Part shown: positions 40,026-56,130 of the stretch, piece after piece
Numbering within the stretch: the stretch's first letter is position 1
Layout of the letters: every line of letters begins with the position of its first letter
Assembly: GCF_009914755.1 (NCBI RefSeq)
Contig: NC_060933.1
Reading direction: 5' to 3' (one strand)
DNA: 64,000 nucleotides
Origin: the human T2T-CHM13v2.0 reference genome, Homo sapiens
Notes under the pieces: model-generated
The model's database searches: none
What the model was told of the DNA's origin: nothing
The model's input: the letters and a program-made list of their open reading frames with translations, nothing else
Program-made: the position numbers and the translations under genes

Positions 40026-43000
40026 GAATGGATTGGAATGGAATAAACCCGAGTGCAATGGAATGGAGTGGAATGGAATGGAATGGAATGGAACAACCCG
40101 AATGGAATGGAATGTAATGGAGAGTAAGGGAGTTGAATAGAATCAATCCGAATGTAATGTAATGGAATGGAACGGAATGGAATTGAATGGAATGGAATGG
40201 AATGCAATGGAATGGAATCAACCCGAGTGCAATCGAATGGAATCGAATGGAATGGAATGCAATGTAATGGATTCAACTTGAATGGAATGGAAAGAATGGA
40301 ATCAACACGAGTGGAATGGCATGGATTGGAATGGAATGGAATGGAATCAACCCGAGTACAGGGGAATGGAATGGAATGGAATGCAATGGAATGGAATCAT
40401 CCGTAATGGAATGGAAAGGAATGGAATGGAATGGAATGGAATGGAATGGAATGGAATGGAATGGAATCAACTCGATTGCAATCGAATGGAATGGAATGGA
40501 ATTAAGCCGAATAGAATGGAATGGAATGGAATGGAACGGAACGGAATGGAATGGAATGGAATGGAATGGAATGGAACGGAACGGAATGGAATGGAATGGA
40601 ATGGAATGGAATGGAATCAACGGGAGTGCAGGGGAATGGAATGGAATGGAATGCAATGGGATGGAAACTTCCGGAATGGAATGAAATGGAATGGAATGGA
40701 ATGAAATGCAATGGATTCAACTCGATTGCAATGGAATGGAATAGAATGGAATGGAATGGAATGGAATGGAATGGAATTAATCCGAATAGAATGGAATGGA
40801 ATGGTATGGAACGGAATGGAACGGAATGGAATGGAATGCAATGGAATGGAATGGTATGGAATGGAATGGAATGGTACGGAATAGAATGGAATGGAATGAA
40901 TTGTAATGGAATGGAATTGAATGGAATGGAATGGAATGGAATGGAATCAACACGAGTGCAGGGGAATGTAATGGAACGGAATGCAATGGAATGGAATCAT
41001 CCGGAATGGAATGGAATGGAATGGAATGGAATGGAATGGAATCAACTCGAGTGCAATGGAATGGAGTGGAATGGAATGGAATGGAATGGAACAACCCGAA
41101 TGGAATGGAATGTAATGGAGAGTAAGGGAGTTGAATAGAATCAATCCGAATGTAATGGAATGGAATGCAACGGAATGGAATAGAATGGAATGGAATGGAA
41201 TGCAATGGAATGGAATCAACCCGAGTACAATGGAATGGAATGGAATGGAATGGAATGGAATGGAATGGAATGATACGGAATAGAATGGAATGGAACGAAA
41301 TGGAATGGAATGGAATGGAATGGAATGGAATGGAATGGAATGGAATCGTTCCGAGTGGAACAGGAGGGAATGTATTCGAGTGGAATGGAAAGGAATGGAA
41401 TCAACCAGAGTGGAATGGAAGGGAATGGAATGGAATGGAAACTAATAGAATGGAATCAACCCGAGTGGAATGGAATGGAAAAGACTGGAATGGAAAGGAA
41501 TGGAATGGAATGGAATGGAATGGAATGGAATCAACGCGAGTGCAGGGGAATGGAATGGAATGAAATGGAATGGAATGGAACGGAATGGAATGGAATGGAA
41601 TGGAATGGAATGGAATGGAATGGAATGCAATGGAATGGAATCAACCCGAGTGCAATCGAATGGAATCGAATGGAATGGAATGCAATGGAATGGATTCAAC
41701 TTGAATGGAATGGAAAGAATGGAATCAACACGAGTGGAATGGCATTGCTTGGAATGGAATGCAATGGAATCAACCCGAGTACAGGGGAATGGAATGGAAT
41801 GGAATGCAATGGAATGGAATCATCCGTAATGGAATGGAAAGGAATGGAATGGAATGGAATGGAATGGAATGGAATGGAATCAACTCGATTGCAATCGAAT
41901 GGAATGGAATGGAATTAACCCGAATAGAATGGAATGGAATGGAATGGAACGGAACGGAAAGGAATGGAATGGAATGGAATGGAATGGAATGGAATGGAAT
42001 GGAACGGAACGGAATGGAATGGAATGGAATGGAATCAACGCGAGTGCAGGGGAATGGAATGGAATGGAATGCAATGGAATGGAATCTTCCGGAATGGAAT
42101 GGAATGGAATGGAATGGAATGGAATGAAATGCAATGGATTCAACTCGATTGCAATGGAATGGAATAGAATGGAATGGAATGGAATGGAATGCAATCAATT
42201 CGAATAGAATGGAATGGAATGGAATGGAACGGTATGGAACGGAATGGAATGCAATGGAATGGAATGGAATGGTATGGAATTGAATGGAATGGTACGGAAT
42301 AGAATGGAATGGAACGAATTGTAATGGAATGGAATTGAATGGAATGGAATGGAATCAACGCGAGTGCAGGGGAATGTAATGGAACGGAATGCAATGGAAT
42401 GGAATCATTCGGAATGGAATGGAATGGAATGGAATGGAATGGAATCAACCCGAGTGTAATGGAATGGAGTGGAATGGAATGGAATGGAATGGAACAACCC
42501 GAATGGAATGGAATGTAATGGAGAGTAAGGGAGTTGAATAGAATCAATCCGAATGTAATGGAATGGAATGCAACGGAATGGAATGGAATGGAATGGAATG
42601 GAATGCAATGGAATTGAATCAACCCGAGTACAATGGAATGGAATGGAATGGAACGGAATGGAATGGAATGGAATGGAATGGAATGGAATGGAATGGAATG
42701 GAATCGTTCCGAGTGGAATAGGAGGGAATGTATTCGAGTGGAATGGAAAGGAATGGAATCAACCAGAGTGGAATGGAAGGGAATGGAATGGAATGGAAAC
42801 TAATAGAATGGAATCAACCCGAGAGGAATGGAATGGAAAGGACTGGAATGGAATGGAATGGAATGGAATCAACTCGATTGTAATGGAATGGAATGGAATG
42901 GAATGGAATGGAATGGAATTAACCCGAATACAATGCAATGGAATGGAATGGAACGGAATGGAGTGGAATGGAATGGAATCAACCCGAGTGCAGGGGAATG

Positions 43001-46000
43001 GAATGGAATGGAATGCAATGGAATGGAATCATCCGGAATGGAATGGAATGGAATGGAATGCAACGCAATGGAATCAACTCGATTGCAATGGAATGGAATG
43101 GAATGCAAAGGAACACATTGGAATCAACCCGAGTGGAATGGAATGGAAAGGACTGGAATGGAGTGGAATGGAATGGAATGGAATGGAATGGAACAACCCG
43201 AATGGAATGGAATGTAATGGAGAGTAAGGGAGTTGAATAGAATCAATCCGAATGTAATGGAATGGAATGCAACGGAATGGAATGGAATGGAATGGAATGG
43301 AATGCAATGGAATGGAATCAACACGAGTACAATGGAATGGAATGGAATGGAATGGAATGGAATGGAATGGAATGGAATGGATTGGAATGATACGGAATGG
43401 AATGGAATGGAACGAAATGGAATGGAATGGAATGGAATGGAATGGAATGGAATGGAATGGAATGGAATCAAATTGATTGGAATGGTATGGAATGGAATGG
43501 AATGGAATTAACCCGAATAGAAAGGAATGGAATGGAATGGAACGGAACGGAATGGAATGGAATGGAATGGAATGGAATGGAATTGAATGGAATGGAATCA
43601 ACCTGACTGCAGGGGAATGGAATAGAATGCAATGCAATGGAATGGATTCAACTTGAATGGAATGGAAAGAATGGAATCAACACGAGTGGAATGGCATGGA
43701 TTGGAATGGAATGGAATGGAATCAACCCGAGTACAGGGGAATGGAATGGAATGGAATGCAATGGAATGGAATCATCCGTAATGGAATGGAAAGGAATGGA
43801 ATGGAATGGAATGGAATGGAATGGAATGGAATCAACTCGATTGCAATCGAATGGAATGGAATGGAATTAACCCGAATAGAATGGAATGGAATGGAATGGA
43901 AAGGAACGGAATGGAATGGAATGGAATGGAATGGAATGGAACGGAATGGAATGGAATGGAATGGAATGGAATGGAATGGAATCAACGCGAGTGCAGGGGA
44001 ATGGAATGGAATGGAATGCAATGGAATGGAATCTTACGGAATGGAATGGAATGGAATGGAATGGAATGAAATGCAATGGATTCAACTCGATTGCAATGGA
44101 ATGGAATAGAACGGAATGGAATGGAATGGAATTAATCCGAATAGAATGGAATGGAATGGAATGGAACGGAATGGAACGGAATGGAATGGAATGGAATGGA
44201 ATGGAATGGTATGGAATGGAATGGAATGGTACGGAATAGAATGGAATGGAACGAATTGTAATGGAATGGAATTGAATGGAATGGAATGGAATGGAATGGA
44301 ATCAACGCGAGTGCAGGGGAATGTAATGGAACGGAATGCAATGGAATGGAATCATCCGGAATGGAATGGAATGGAATGGAATGGAGTCACCCCGAGTGCA
44401 ATGGAATGGAGTGGAATGGAATGGAATGGAATGGAACAACCCGAATGGAGTGGAATGTAATGGAAAGTAAGGGAGTTGAATAGAATCAATCCGAATGTAA
44501 TGGAATGGAATGCAACGGAATGGAATGGAATGGAATGGAATGGAATGCAATGGAATGGAATCAACCCGAGTACAATGGAATGGAATGGAATGGAATGGAA
44601 TGATACGGAATAGAATGGAATGGAACGGAATGGAATGGAATGGAATGGAATGGAATGGAATGGAATGGAATGGAATCGTTCCGAGTGGAATAGGAGGGAA
44701 TGTATTCGAGTGGAATGGAAAGGAATGGTATCAACCAGAGTGGAATGGAAGGGAATGGAATGGAATGGAAACTAATAGAATGGAATCAACCCGAGTGGAA
44801 TGGAATGGAAAGGACTGGAATGGAATGGAATGGGATGGAATCAACTCGATTGTAATGGAATGGAATGGAATGGAATGGAATGGAATGGAATTAACCTGAA
44901 TACAATTGAATGGAATGGAATGCAACGGAATGTAGTGGAATGGAATGGAATCAACCCGAGTGTAGGGGAATGGAATGGAATGGAATGCAATGGAATGGAA
45001 TCATCCGGAATGGAATGGAATGGAATGGAATGCAAACCAATGGAATCAACTCGATTGCAATGGAATGGAATGGAATGGAAAGGAATACATTGGAATCAAC
45101 CCGAGTGGAATGGAATGGAAAGGACTGGAATGGAGTGGAATGGAATGGAATGGAATGGAATGGAATCAACTCGATTGGAATGGAATGGAATGGAATGGAA
45201 TGGAATGGAATTAACCCGAATAGAATGGAATGTAATGGAATGGAACGGAATGGAATGGAATGGAATGGAATGGAATGGAATGGAATGGAATCAACCCGAC
45301 TGCAGGGTAATGGAATGGAATGGAATGCAATGGAATGGATTCAACTTGAATGGAATGGAAAGAATGGAATCAAAACGAGTGGAATGGCATGGATTGGAAT
45401 GGAATGGAATGGAATCAACCCGAGTACAGGGGAATGGAATGGAATGGAATGCAATGGAATGGAATCATCCGTAATGGAATGGAAAGGAATGGAATGGAAT
45501 GGAATAGAATGGAATGGAATCAACTCGATTGCAATCGAATGGAATGGAATGGAATTAACCCGAATAGAATGGAATGGAATGGAATGGAACGGAACGGAAC
45601 GGAATGGAATGGATTGGTATGGAATGGAATGGAATGGAATGGAACGGAATGGAATGGAATGGAATGGAATGGAATGGAATGGAATGGAATCAACGCGAGT
45701 GCAGGGGAACGGAATGGAATGGAATGCAATGGAATGGAATCTTCCGGAATGGAATGGAATGGAATGGAATGGAATAGAATGGAATGGAATCAACCCGAGT
45801 GCAATGGAATGGAGTGGAATGGAATGGAATGGAATGGAACAACCCGAATGGAATGGAATGTAATGGAGAGTAAGGGAGTTGAATAGAATCAGTCCGAATG
45901 CAATGGAATGGAATGGAACTGAATGGAATTGAATGCAACGGAATGGAATGCAATGGAATGGAATCAACACGAGTGCAATGGAATGGAGAGGAATGGAATG

Positions 46001-49000
46001 GAATGGAATGGAAACTACCCGAATGGAATGGAATGTAATGGAGTGTAAGGAAATTGAATAGAATCAATCCGAATGCAATGGAATGGAATGGAACGGAATG
46101 GAATGGAATGGAATGGAATGGAATGGAATGCAATGGAATGGAATCAACCCGAGTGCAATCAAATGGAATCGAATGGAATGGCATGCAATGGAATGGATTC
46201 AACTTGAATGGAATGGAAAGAATGGAATCAACACGAGTGGAATGGCATGGATGGGAATGGAATGGAATGGAATCAACCCGAGTACAGGGGAATGGAATGG
46301 AATGGAATGCAATGGAATGGAATCATCCGTAATGGAATGGAAAGGAATGGAATGGAATGGAATGGAATGGAATGGAATCAACTCGATTGCAATCGAATGG
46401 AATGGAATGGAATTAACACGAATAGAATGGAATGGAATGGAATGGAACGGAACGGAATGGAATGGAATGGAATGGAATGGAATGGAACGGAACGGAACGG
46501 AATGGATGGAATGGAATGGAATGGAATGGAATGGAATGGAATGGAATCAACGCGAGTGCAGGGGAATGGAATGGAATGGAATGCAATGGAATGGAATCTT
46601 CCGGAATGGAATGGAATGGAATGGAATGGAATGAAATGCAATGGATTCAACTCGATTGCAATGGAATGGAATAGAATGGAATGGAATGGAATGGAATGGA
46701 ATTAACCCGAATAGAATGGAATGGAATGGAATGGAACGGAATGGAACGGAATGGAATGGAATGGAATGGAATGGAATGGTATGGAATGGAATGGAATGGT
46801 ACGGAATAGAATGGAATGGAACGAATTGTAATGGAATGGAATTGAATGGAATTGAATGGAATGGAATGGAATCAACGAGAGTGCAGGGGAATGTAATGGA
46901 ACGGAATGCAATGGAATGGAATCATCCGGAATGGAATGGAATGGAATGGAATGGAATGGAATCAACCCGAGTGCAATGGAATGGAGTGGAATGGAATGGA
47001 ATGGAATGGAACAACCCAAATGGAATGGAATGTAATGGAGAGTAAGGGAGTTGAATAGAATCAATACGAATGTAATGGAATGGAATGCAACGGAATGGAA
47101 CGGAATGGAATGGAATGGAATGGAATGGAATGCAATAGAATGGAATCAACCCGAGTACAATGGAATGGAATGGAATGGAATGGAATGGAATGGAATGGAA
47201 TGGAATGCAATGGAATGGAATCTTCCGGAATGGAATGGAATGGAATGGAATGGAATGCAATGGATTCAACTCGATTGCAATGGAATGGAATCGAATGGAA
47301 TGGAATGGAATGGAATGGAATGGAATTAAACCGAATAGAATGGAATGGAATGGAATGGAATGGAATGGAATGGAATGCAATGGAATGGAATCAACCCGAG
47401 TACAATGGAACGGAATGTAATGTAACGTAATGGAATGGAATGGAATGGAATGGAATCAACCCGAGTGCAATGGAATGGAGAGGAATGGAATGGAATGGAA
47501 TGGAAACTACCCGAATGGAATGGAATGTAATGGAGTGTAAGGGAATTGAATAGAATCAATCCGAATGGAATGGAATGGAATGGAACGGAATCTAATGGAA
47601 TGGAATGGAATGGAATCAACCCGAGTGCAGGGGAATGGAATGGAAAGGAATGCAATGGAATGGAATCATCTGGAATGGAATGGAATGGAATGCAATGGAA
47701 TGGAATGGAATGGAATCAACCCGAGTGCAATGGAATGGAGTGAAATGGAATGGAATGGAATGGAAACAACCAGAATGGATTGGAATATAATGGAGTGTAA
47801 GGGAATTGAATAGAATCAATCTGAATGTAATGAAATGGAATGGAACGGAATGGAATGGAATGGAATGGAATGGAATGGAATGCAATGGAATGGAATCAAC
47901 CCGAGTGCAATCGAATGGAATCGAATGGAATGGAATGCAATGGAATGGATTCAACTTGAATGGAATGGAAAGAATGGAATCAACACGAGTGGAATGGCAT
48001 GGATTGGAATGGAATGGAATGGAATCAACCCGAGTACAGGGGAATGGAATGGAATGGAATGCAATGGAATGGAATCATCCGTAATGGAATGGAAAGGAAT
48101 GGAATGGAACGGAATGGAATGGAATGGAATGGAATGGAATCAACTCGATTGCAATCGAATGGAATGGAATGGAATTAACCCGAATAGAATGGAATGGAAT
48201 GGAATGGAACGGAACGGAAGGAATGGAATGGAATGGAATAGAATGGAACGGAACGGAACGGAATGGAATGGAATGGAATGGAATGGAATGGAATGGAATC
48301 AACGCGAGTGCAGGGGAATGGAATGGAATGGAATGCAATGGAATGGAATCTTCCGGAATGGAATGGAATGGAATGGAATGAAATGCAATGGATTCAACTC
48401 GATTGCAATGGAATGGAATAGAGTGGAATGGAATGGAATGGAATGGAATGGAATTAACCCGAATAGAATGGAATGGAATGGAATGGAACGGAATGGAACG
48501 GAATGGAATGGAATGGAATGGAATGGAATGGAATTGCATGGAATGGAATGGAATGGTACGGAATAGAATGGAATGGAACGAATTGTAATGGAATGGAATT
48601 GAATGGAATGGAATGGAATGGAATGGAATGGAATGGAATCAACGCGAGTGCAGGGGAATGTAATGGAACGGAATGCAATTGAATGGAATCATCCGGAATG
48701 GAATGGAATGGAATGGAATGGAATGGAATGGAATCAATCCGAGTGCAATGGAATGGAGTGGAATGGAATGAAATGGAATGGAACAACCCGAATGGAATGG
48801 AATGTAATGGAGAGTAAGGGAGTTGAATAGAATCAATCCGAATGTAATGGAATGGAATGCAACGGAATGGAATGCAATGGAATGGAATGGAATGCAATGG
48901 AATGGAATCAACCCGAGTACAATGGAATGGAATGGAATGGAATTGAATGTAATGGAATGGAATCAATTCGAGTACAATGGAATGGAATGGAATGGAATGG

Positions 49001-49696
49001 AATGGAATGGAATGGAATGGAATGGAATGGCATGGAATGGAATGCCTTCAAACCGAATGGAATGGAAAGGAATGAAATCAACACGAGTGGAATGGAATGG
49101 AATGGAATGGAATGGAATGGAATGGAATGGAATGATACGGAATAGAATGGAATGGAACGAAATGGAATGGAATGGAATGGAATGGAATGGAATGGAATGG
49201 AATGGAATGGAATGGAATCGTTCCGAGTGGAATAGGAGGGAATGTATTCGAGTGGAATGGAAAGGAATGGAATCAACCAGAGTGGAATGGAAGGGAATGG
49301 AATGGAATGGAAACTAATAGAATGGAATCAACCCGAGTGGAATGGAATGGAAAGGACTGGAATGGAAAGGAATGGAATGGAATGGAATGCAATGGAATGG
49401 AATGGAATCAATCCGAGTGCAATGGAATGGAGTGGAATGGAATGGAATGGAATGGAACAATCCGAATGGAATGGAATGTAATGGAGAGTAAGGGAGTTGA
49501 AAAGAATCAATCCGAATGTAATGGAATGGAACCGAATGGAATGGAATGGAATGGAATGGAATGGAATGGAATGGAATGCAATGGAATGGATTCATCTTGA
49601 ATGGAATGGAAAGAATGGAATCAACACGAGTGGAATGGCATGGATTGGAATGGAATGGAATGGAATGGAATGGAATGGAATGGAATGGAATGGAAT

Positions 49697-52600
49697 GATA
49701 CGGAATAGAATGGAAAGGAAAGAAATGGAATGGAATGGAATGGAATGGAATGGAATGGAATGGAATCGTTCCGAGTGGAATAGGAGGGAATGTTTTCGAG
49801 TGGAATGGAAAGGAATGGAAAAAACCTGAGTGGAATTGAAGGGAATGGAATGGAATGGAAACTAATAGAATGGAATCAACCCGAGAGGAATGGAATGGAA
49901 AGGACTGGAACGGAATGGAATGGAATGGAATCAACTCGATTGTAATGGAATGGAATGGAATGGAATGGAATGGAATGGAATGGAATTAACCAAAATACAA
50001 TGCAATGGAATGGAATGGAACGGAATGGAGTGGAATGAATGGAATCAACCCGAGTGCAGGGGAATGGAATGGAACGGAATGCAATGGAATGGAATCATCC
50101 GGAATGGAATGGAATGGAATGGAATGCAAAGCAATGGAATCAACTCGATTGCAATGCAATGGAATGGAATGGAAAGGAATATATTGGAATCAACCCGAGT
50201 GGAATGGAATGGAAAGGACTGGAATGGAGTGGAATGGAATGGAATGGAATGGAATGGAATCAACTCGATTGGAATGGAATGGAATGGAATGGAATGGAAT
50301 GGAATGGAATGGAATGGAATCGTTCCGAGTGGAATAGGAGGGAATGTATTCGAGTGGAATGGAAAGGAATGGTATCAACCAGAGTGGAATGGAAGGGAAT
50401 GGAATGGAATGGAAACTAATAGAATGGAATCAACCCGAGTGGAATGGAATGGAAAGGACTGGAATGGAATGGAATGGAATGGAATCAACTCGATTGTAAT
50501 GGAATGGAATGGAATGGAATGGAATGGAATGGAATTAACCCGAATACAATGGAATGGAATGGAATGGAACGGAATGGAGTGGAATGGAATGGAATCAACC
50601 CGAGTGCAGGGGAATGGAATGGAATGGAATGCAATGGAATGGAATCATCCGGAATGGAGTGGAATGGAATGGAATGGAATGGAATGGAATCAACTCGATT
50701 GGAATGGAATGGAATGGAATGGAATGGAATTAACCCGAATGGAATGGAATGGAATGGAATGGAACGGAATGGAATGGAATGGAGTGGAATGGAATGGAAT
50801 CAACCCGACTGCAGGGGAATGGAATGGAATGGAATGCAATGGAATGGATTCAAATTGAATGGAATGGAAAGAATGGAATCAACACGAGTGGAATGGCATG
50901 GATTGGAATGGAATGGAATGGAATCAACCCGAGTACAGGGGAATGGAATGGAATGGAATGCAATGGAATGGAATCATCCGTAATGGAATGGAAAGGAATG
51001 GAATGGAATGGAATGGAATGGAATGGAATGGAATGGAATGGAATCAACTCGATTGTAATCGAATGGAATGGAATGGAATTAACCCGAATAGAATGGAATG
51101 GAATGGAATGGAACAGAACGGAATGGAATGGAATGGAATGGAATGGAAGGGAACGGAACGGAGTGGAATGGAATGGAATGGAATGGAATGGAATCAACGT
51201 GAGTGCAGGGGAATGGAATGGAATGGAATGCAATGGAATGGAATCTTCCGGAATGGAATGGAATGGAATGAAATGCAATGGATTCAACTCGATTGCAATG
51301 GAATGGAATAGAATGGAATGGAATGGAATGGAATGGAATTAATTCGAATAGAATGGAATGGAATGGAATGGAACGGAATGGAACGGAACGGAATGGAATG
51401 GAATGGTATGGAATGGAATGGAATGGTACGGAATAGAATGGAATGGAACGAATTGTAATGGAATGGAATTGAATGGAAAGGAATGGAATGGAATGGAATC
51501 AACGCGAGTGCAGGGGAATGTAATGGAACGGAATGTAATGGAATGGAATCATCCGGAATGGAATGGAATGGAATGGAATGGAATGGAATCAACCCGAGTG
51601 CAATGGAATGGAGTGGAATGGAATGGAATGGAATGGAACAACCCGAATGGAATGGAATGTAATGGAGAGTAAGTGAGTTGAATAGAATCAATCCGAATGT
51701 AATGGAATGGAATGCAACGTAAGGGAATGGAATGGAATGGAATGGAATGCAATGGAATTGAATCAACCCGAGTACAATGGAATGGAATGGAACGGAATGG
51801 AATGGAATGGAATGGAATGGAATGATACGGAATAGAATGGAATGGAACGAAATGGAATGGAATGGAATGGAATGGAATGGAATGGAATGGAATGGAATGG
51901 AATGGAATGGAATCGTTCCGAGTGGAATAGGAGGGAATGTATTCGAGTGGAATGGAAAGGAATGGAAACAACCTGAGTGGAATTGAAGGGAATGGAATGG
52001 AATGGAAACTAATAGAATGGAATCAACCCGAGAGGAATGGAATGGAAAGGACTGGAACGGAATGGAATGGAATGGAATCAACTCGATTGTAATGGAATGG
52101 AATGGAATGGAATGGAATGGAATGGAATGGAATTAACCCAAATACAATGCAATGGAATGGAATGGAACGGAATGGAGTGGAATGGAATGGAATCAACCCG
52201 AGTGCAGGGGAATGGAATGGAACGGAATGCAATGGAATGGAATCATCCGGAATGGAATGGAATGGAATGGAATGCAAAGCAATGGAATCAACTCGATTGC
52301 AATGGAATGGAATGGATTGGAAAGGAATATATTGGAATCAACCCGAGTGGAATGGAATGGAAAGGACTGGAATGGAGTGGAATGGAATGGAATGGAATGG
52401 AATGGAATCAACTCGATTGGAATGGAATGGAATGGAATGGAATGGAATGGAATGGAATGGAATCGTTCCGAGTGGAATAGGAGGGAATGTATTCGAGTGG
52501 AATGGAAAGGAATGGTATCAACCAGAGTGGAATGGAAGGGAATGGAATGGAATGGAAACTAATAGAATGGAATCAACCCGAGTGGAATGGAATGGAAAGG

Positions 52601-52910
52601 ACTGGAATGGAATGGAATGGAATGGAATCAACTCGATTGTAATGGAATGGAATGGAAAGGAATGGAATGGAATGGAATGGAATTAACCCGAATACAATGG
52701 AATGGAATGGAATGGAACGGAATGGAGTGGAATGGAATGGAATCAACCCGAGTGCAGGGGAATGGAATGGAATGGAATGCAATGGAATGGAATCATCCGG
52801 AATGGAGTGGAATGGAATGGAATGGAATGGAATGGAATCAACTCGATTGGAATGGAATGGAATGGAATGGAATGGAATTAACCCGAATGGAATGGAATGG
52901 AATGGAACGG
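49697..52910 (+). repeat. Duplicated ~1.08 kb block at offset ~2145 (about 49697-50770 and 51824-52910)
   Basis: Private markers aacctgagtggaattgaaggg, ggactggaacgg and aaggaatatattgg, plus shared ggtatcaaccag and catccggaatggagtgg. ORF offsets are 2143-2148. Confidence 0.87.
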
Positions 52911-53399
52911 AATGGAATGGAATGGAATGGAATGGAATGGAATGGAATGCAATGGAATCAACCCGAGTGCAATGGAATGGAGTGGAATGGAATGGAATGG
53001 AATGGAACAACCCGAATGGAATGGAATGTAATGGAGAGTAAGGGAGTTGAATAGAATCAATCCGAATGTAATGGAATGGAATGGAACGAAATGGAATGGA
53101 ATGGAATGGAATGGAATGGAATGCAATGGAATGGAATAGTCCGGAATGGAATGGAATGGAATGGAATGCAACGCAATGGAATCAACTCGATTGCAATGGA
53201 ATGGAAAGGAATGCAAAGGAATACATTGGAATTAACCCGAGTGGAATGGAATGGAAAGGACTGGAATGGAGTGGAATGGAATGGAATGGAATCAACTCGA
53301 CTGGAATGGAATGGAATGGAATGGAATGGAATGGAATGGAATTAACCCGAATGGAATGGAACGGAATGGAATGGAATGGAACGGAATGGAATGGAATGG

Positions 53400-56130
53400 A
53401 ATGGAATCGAATGGAATGGAATCAACCCGACTGCAGGGGAATGGAATGGAATGGAATGCAATGGAATGGATTCAACTTGAATGGAATGGAAAGAATGGAA
53501 TCAACACGAGTGGAATGGCATGGATTGGAATGGAATGGAATGGAATCAACCCGAGTACAGGGGAATGGAATGGAATGGAATGCAATGGAATGGAATCATC
53601 CGTAATGGAATGGAAAGGAATGGAATGGAATGGAATGGAATGGAATAGAATGGAATGGAATCAACTCGATTGCAATCGAATGGAATGGAATGGAATTAAC
53701 CCGAATAGAATGGAATGGAATGGAATGGAACGGAACGGAACGGAATGGAATGGATTGGAATGGAATGGAATGGAATGGAATGGAACGGAAAGGAATGGAA
53801 TGGAATGGAATGGAATGGAATGGAATGGAATGGAATGGAATCAACGCGAGTGCAGGGGAATGGAATGGAATGGAATGCAATGGAATGGAATCTTCCGGAA
53901 TGGAATGGAATGGAATGGAATGGAATGGAATGGAATGGAATAAACCCGAGTGCAATGGAATGGAGTGGAATGGAATGGAATGGAATGGAACAACCCGAAT
54001 GGAATGGAATGTAATGGAGAGTAAGGGAGTTGAATAGAATCAATCCGAATGTAATGGAATGGAATGGAACGGAATGGAATTGAATGGAATGGAATGGAAT
54101 GCAATGGAATGGAATCAACCCGAGTGCAATGGAATGGAGAGGAATGGAATGGAATGGAATGGAAACTACCCGAATGGAATGGAATGTAATGGAGTGTAAG
54201 GGAATTGAATAGAATCAATCCGAATGTAATGGAATGGAATGGAACGGAATGGAAAGGAATGGAATGGAATGGAATGGCATGGATTGGAATGGAATGGAAT
54301 GGAATCAACCCGAGTACAGGGGAATGGAATGGAATGGAATGCAATGGAATGGAATAATCCGTAATGGAATGGAAAGCAATGGAATGGAATGGAATGGAAT
54401 GGAATGGAATCAACTCGAATGCAATCGAATGGAATGGAATGGAATTAACCCGAATAGAATGGAATGGAATGGAATGGAACGGAACGGAATGGAATGGAAT
54501 GGAATGGAATGGAACGGAACGGAATGGAATGGAATGGAATGGAATGGAATCAACGCGAGTGCAGGGGAATGGAATGGAATGGAATGGAATGCAATGGGAT
54601 GGAAACTTCCGAAATGGAAAGAAATGGAATGGAATGGAATGAAATGCAACGGATTCAACTCGATTGCAATGGAATGGAATAGAATGGAATGGAATGGAAT
54701 GGAATGGAATGGAATGGAATTAATCCGAATAGAATGGAATGGAATGGAATGGAACGGAATGGAACGGAATGGAATGGAATGGAATGGAATGGAATGGTAT
54801 GGAATGGAATGGAATGGTACGGAATAGAATGGAATGGAACGAATTGTAATGGAATGGAATTGAATGGAATGGAATGGAATGGAATGGAATCAACACGAGT
54901 GCAGGGGAATGTAATGGAACGGAATGCAATGGAATGGAATCATCCGGAATGGAATGGAATGGAATGGAATGGAATGGAATGGAATGGAATGGAATCAACC
55001 CGAGTGCAATGGAATGGAGTGGAATGGAATGGAATGGAATGGAACAACCCGAATGGAATGGAATGTAATGGAGAGTAAGGGAGTTGAATAGAATCAATCC
55101 GAATGTAATGGAATGGAATGCAACGGAATGGAATGGAATGGAATGGAATGGAATCAACCCGAGTACAATGGAATGGAATGGAATGGAATGGAATGGAATG
55201 GAATGGAATGGAATGGAATGATACGGAATAGAATGGAATGGAACGAAATGGAATGGAATGGAATGGAATGGAATGGAATGGAATGGAATGGAATGGAATG
55301 GAATCGTTCCGAGTGGAACAGGAGGGAATGTATTCGAATGGAATGGAAAGGAATGGAATCAACCAGAGTGGAATGGAAGGGAATGGAATGGAATGGAATG
55401 GAATGGAATGGAATGGAATGGAATCAACACGATTGCAATCGAATGGAATGGAATGGAATTAACCCGAATAGAACGGAATGGAATGGAATGGAATGGAATG
55501 GAAAGGAATGGAATGGAATGGAATGGAATGGAATGGAACGGAAAGGAAGGGAATGGAATGGAATAGAATGGAATGGAATGGAATCAACGCGAGTGCAGGG
55601 GAATGGAATGGAATGGAATGCAATGAAATGGAATCCTCCGGAATGGAATGGAATGGAATGGAATGCAATGGAATCAATCCGAGTACAATGGAATGGAGTG
55701 GAATGGAATGGAATGGAATGGAACAACCCGAATAGAATGGAATGTAATGGAGAGTAAGGGAGTTGAATAGAATCAATCCGAATGTAATGGAATGGAATGG
55801 AACGGAATGGAATTGAATGGAATGGAATGGAATGCAATGGAATGGAATCAACCTGAGTGCAATGGAATGGAGAGGAATGGAATGGAAACTACCCGAATGG
55901 AATGGAATGTAATGGAGTGTAAGGCCATTGAATAGAATCAATCCGAATGTAATGGAATGGAATGTAATGGAATGTAATGGAATGGAATGGAATGGAATGG
56001 AATGGAATGGAATGCAAAGGAATGGAATCAACCCGAGTGGAATGGAATGGAAAGGACTGGAATGGAATGGAATGGAATGGAATCAACTCGATTGTAATGG
56101 AATGGAATGGAATGGAATGGAATGGAATGG
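53400..56130 (+). repeat. Duplicated block, copy 1 (paralog at about 60950-63860, offset ~7550-7730)
   Basis: Shared ggaataatccgt, ggaaagaaatgg, gaaatgcaacggattc, gtattcgaatgg, caatgaaatgg, caatccgagtac and aaggc(c/a)attg. Confidence 0.87.
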
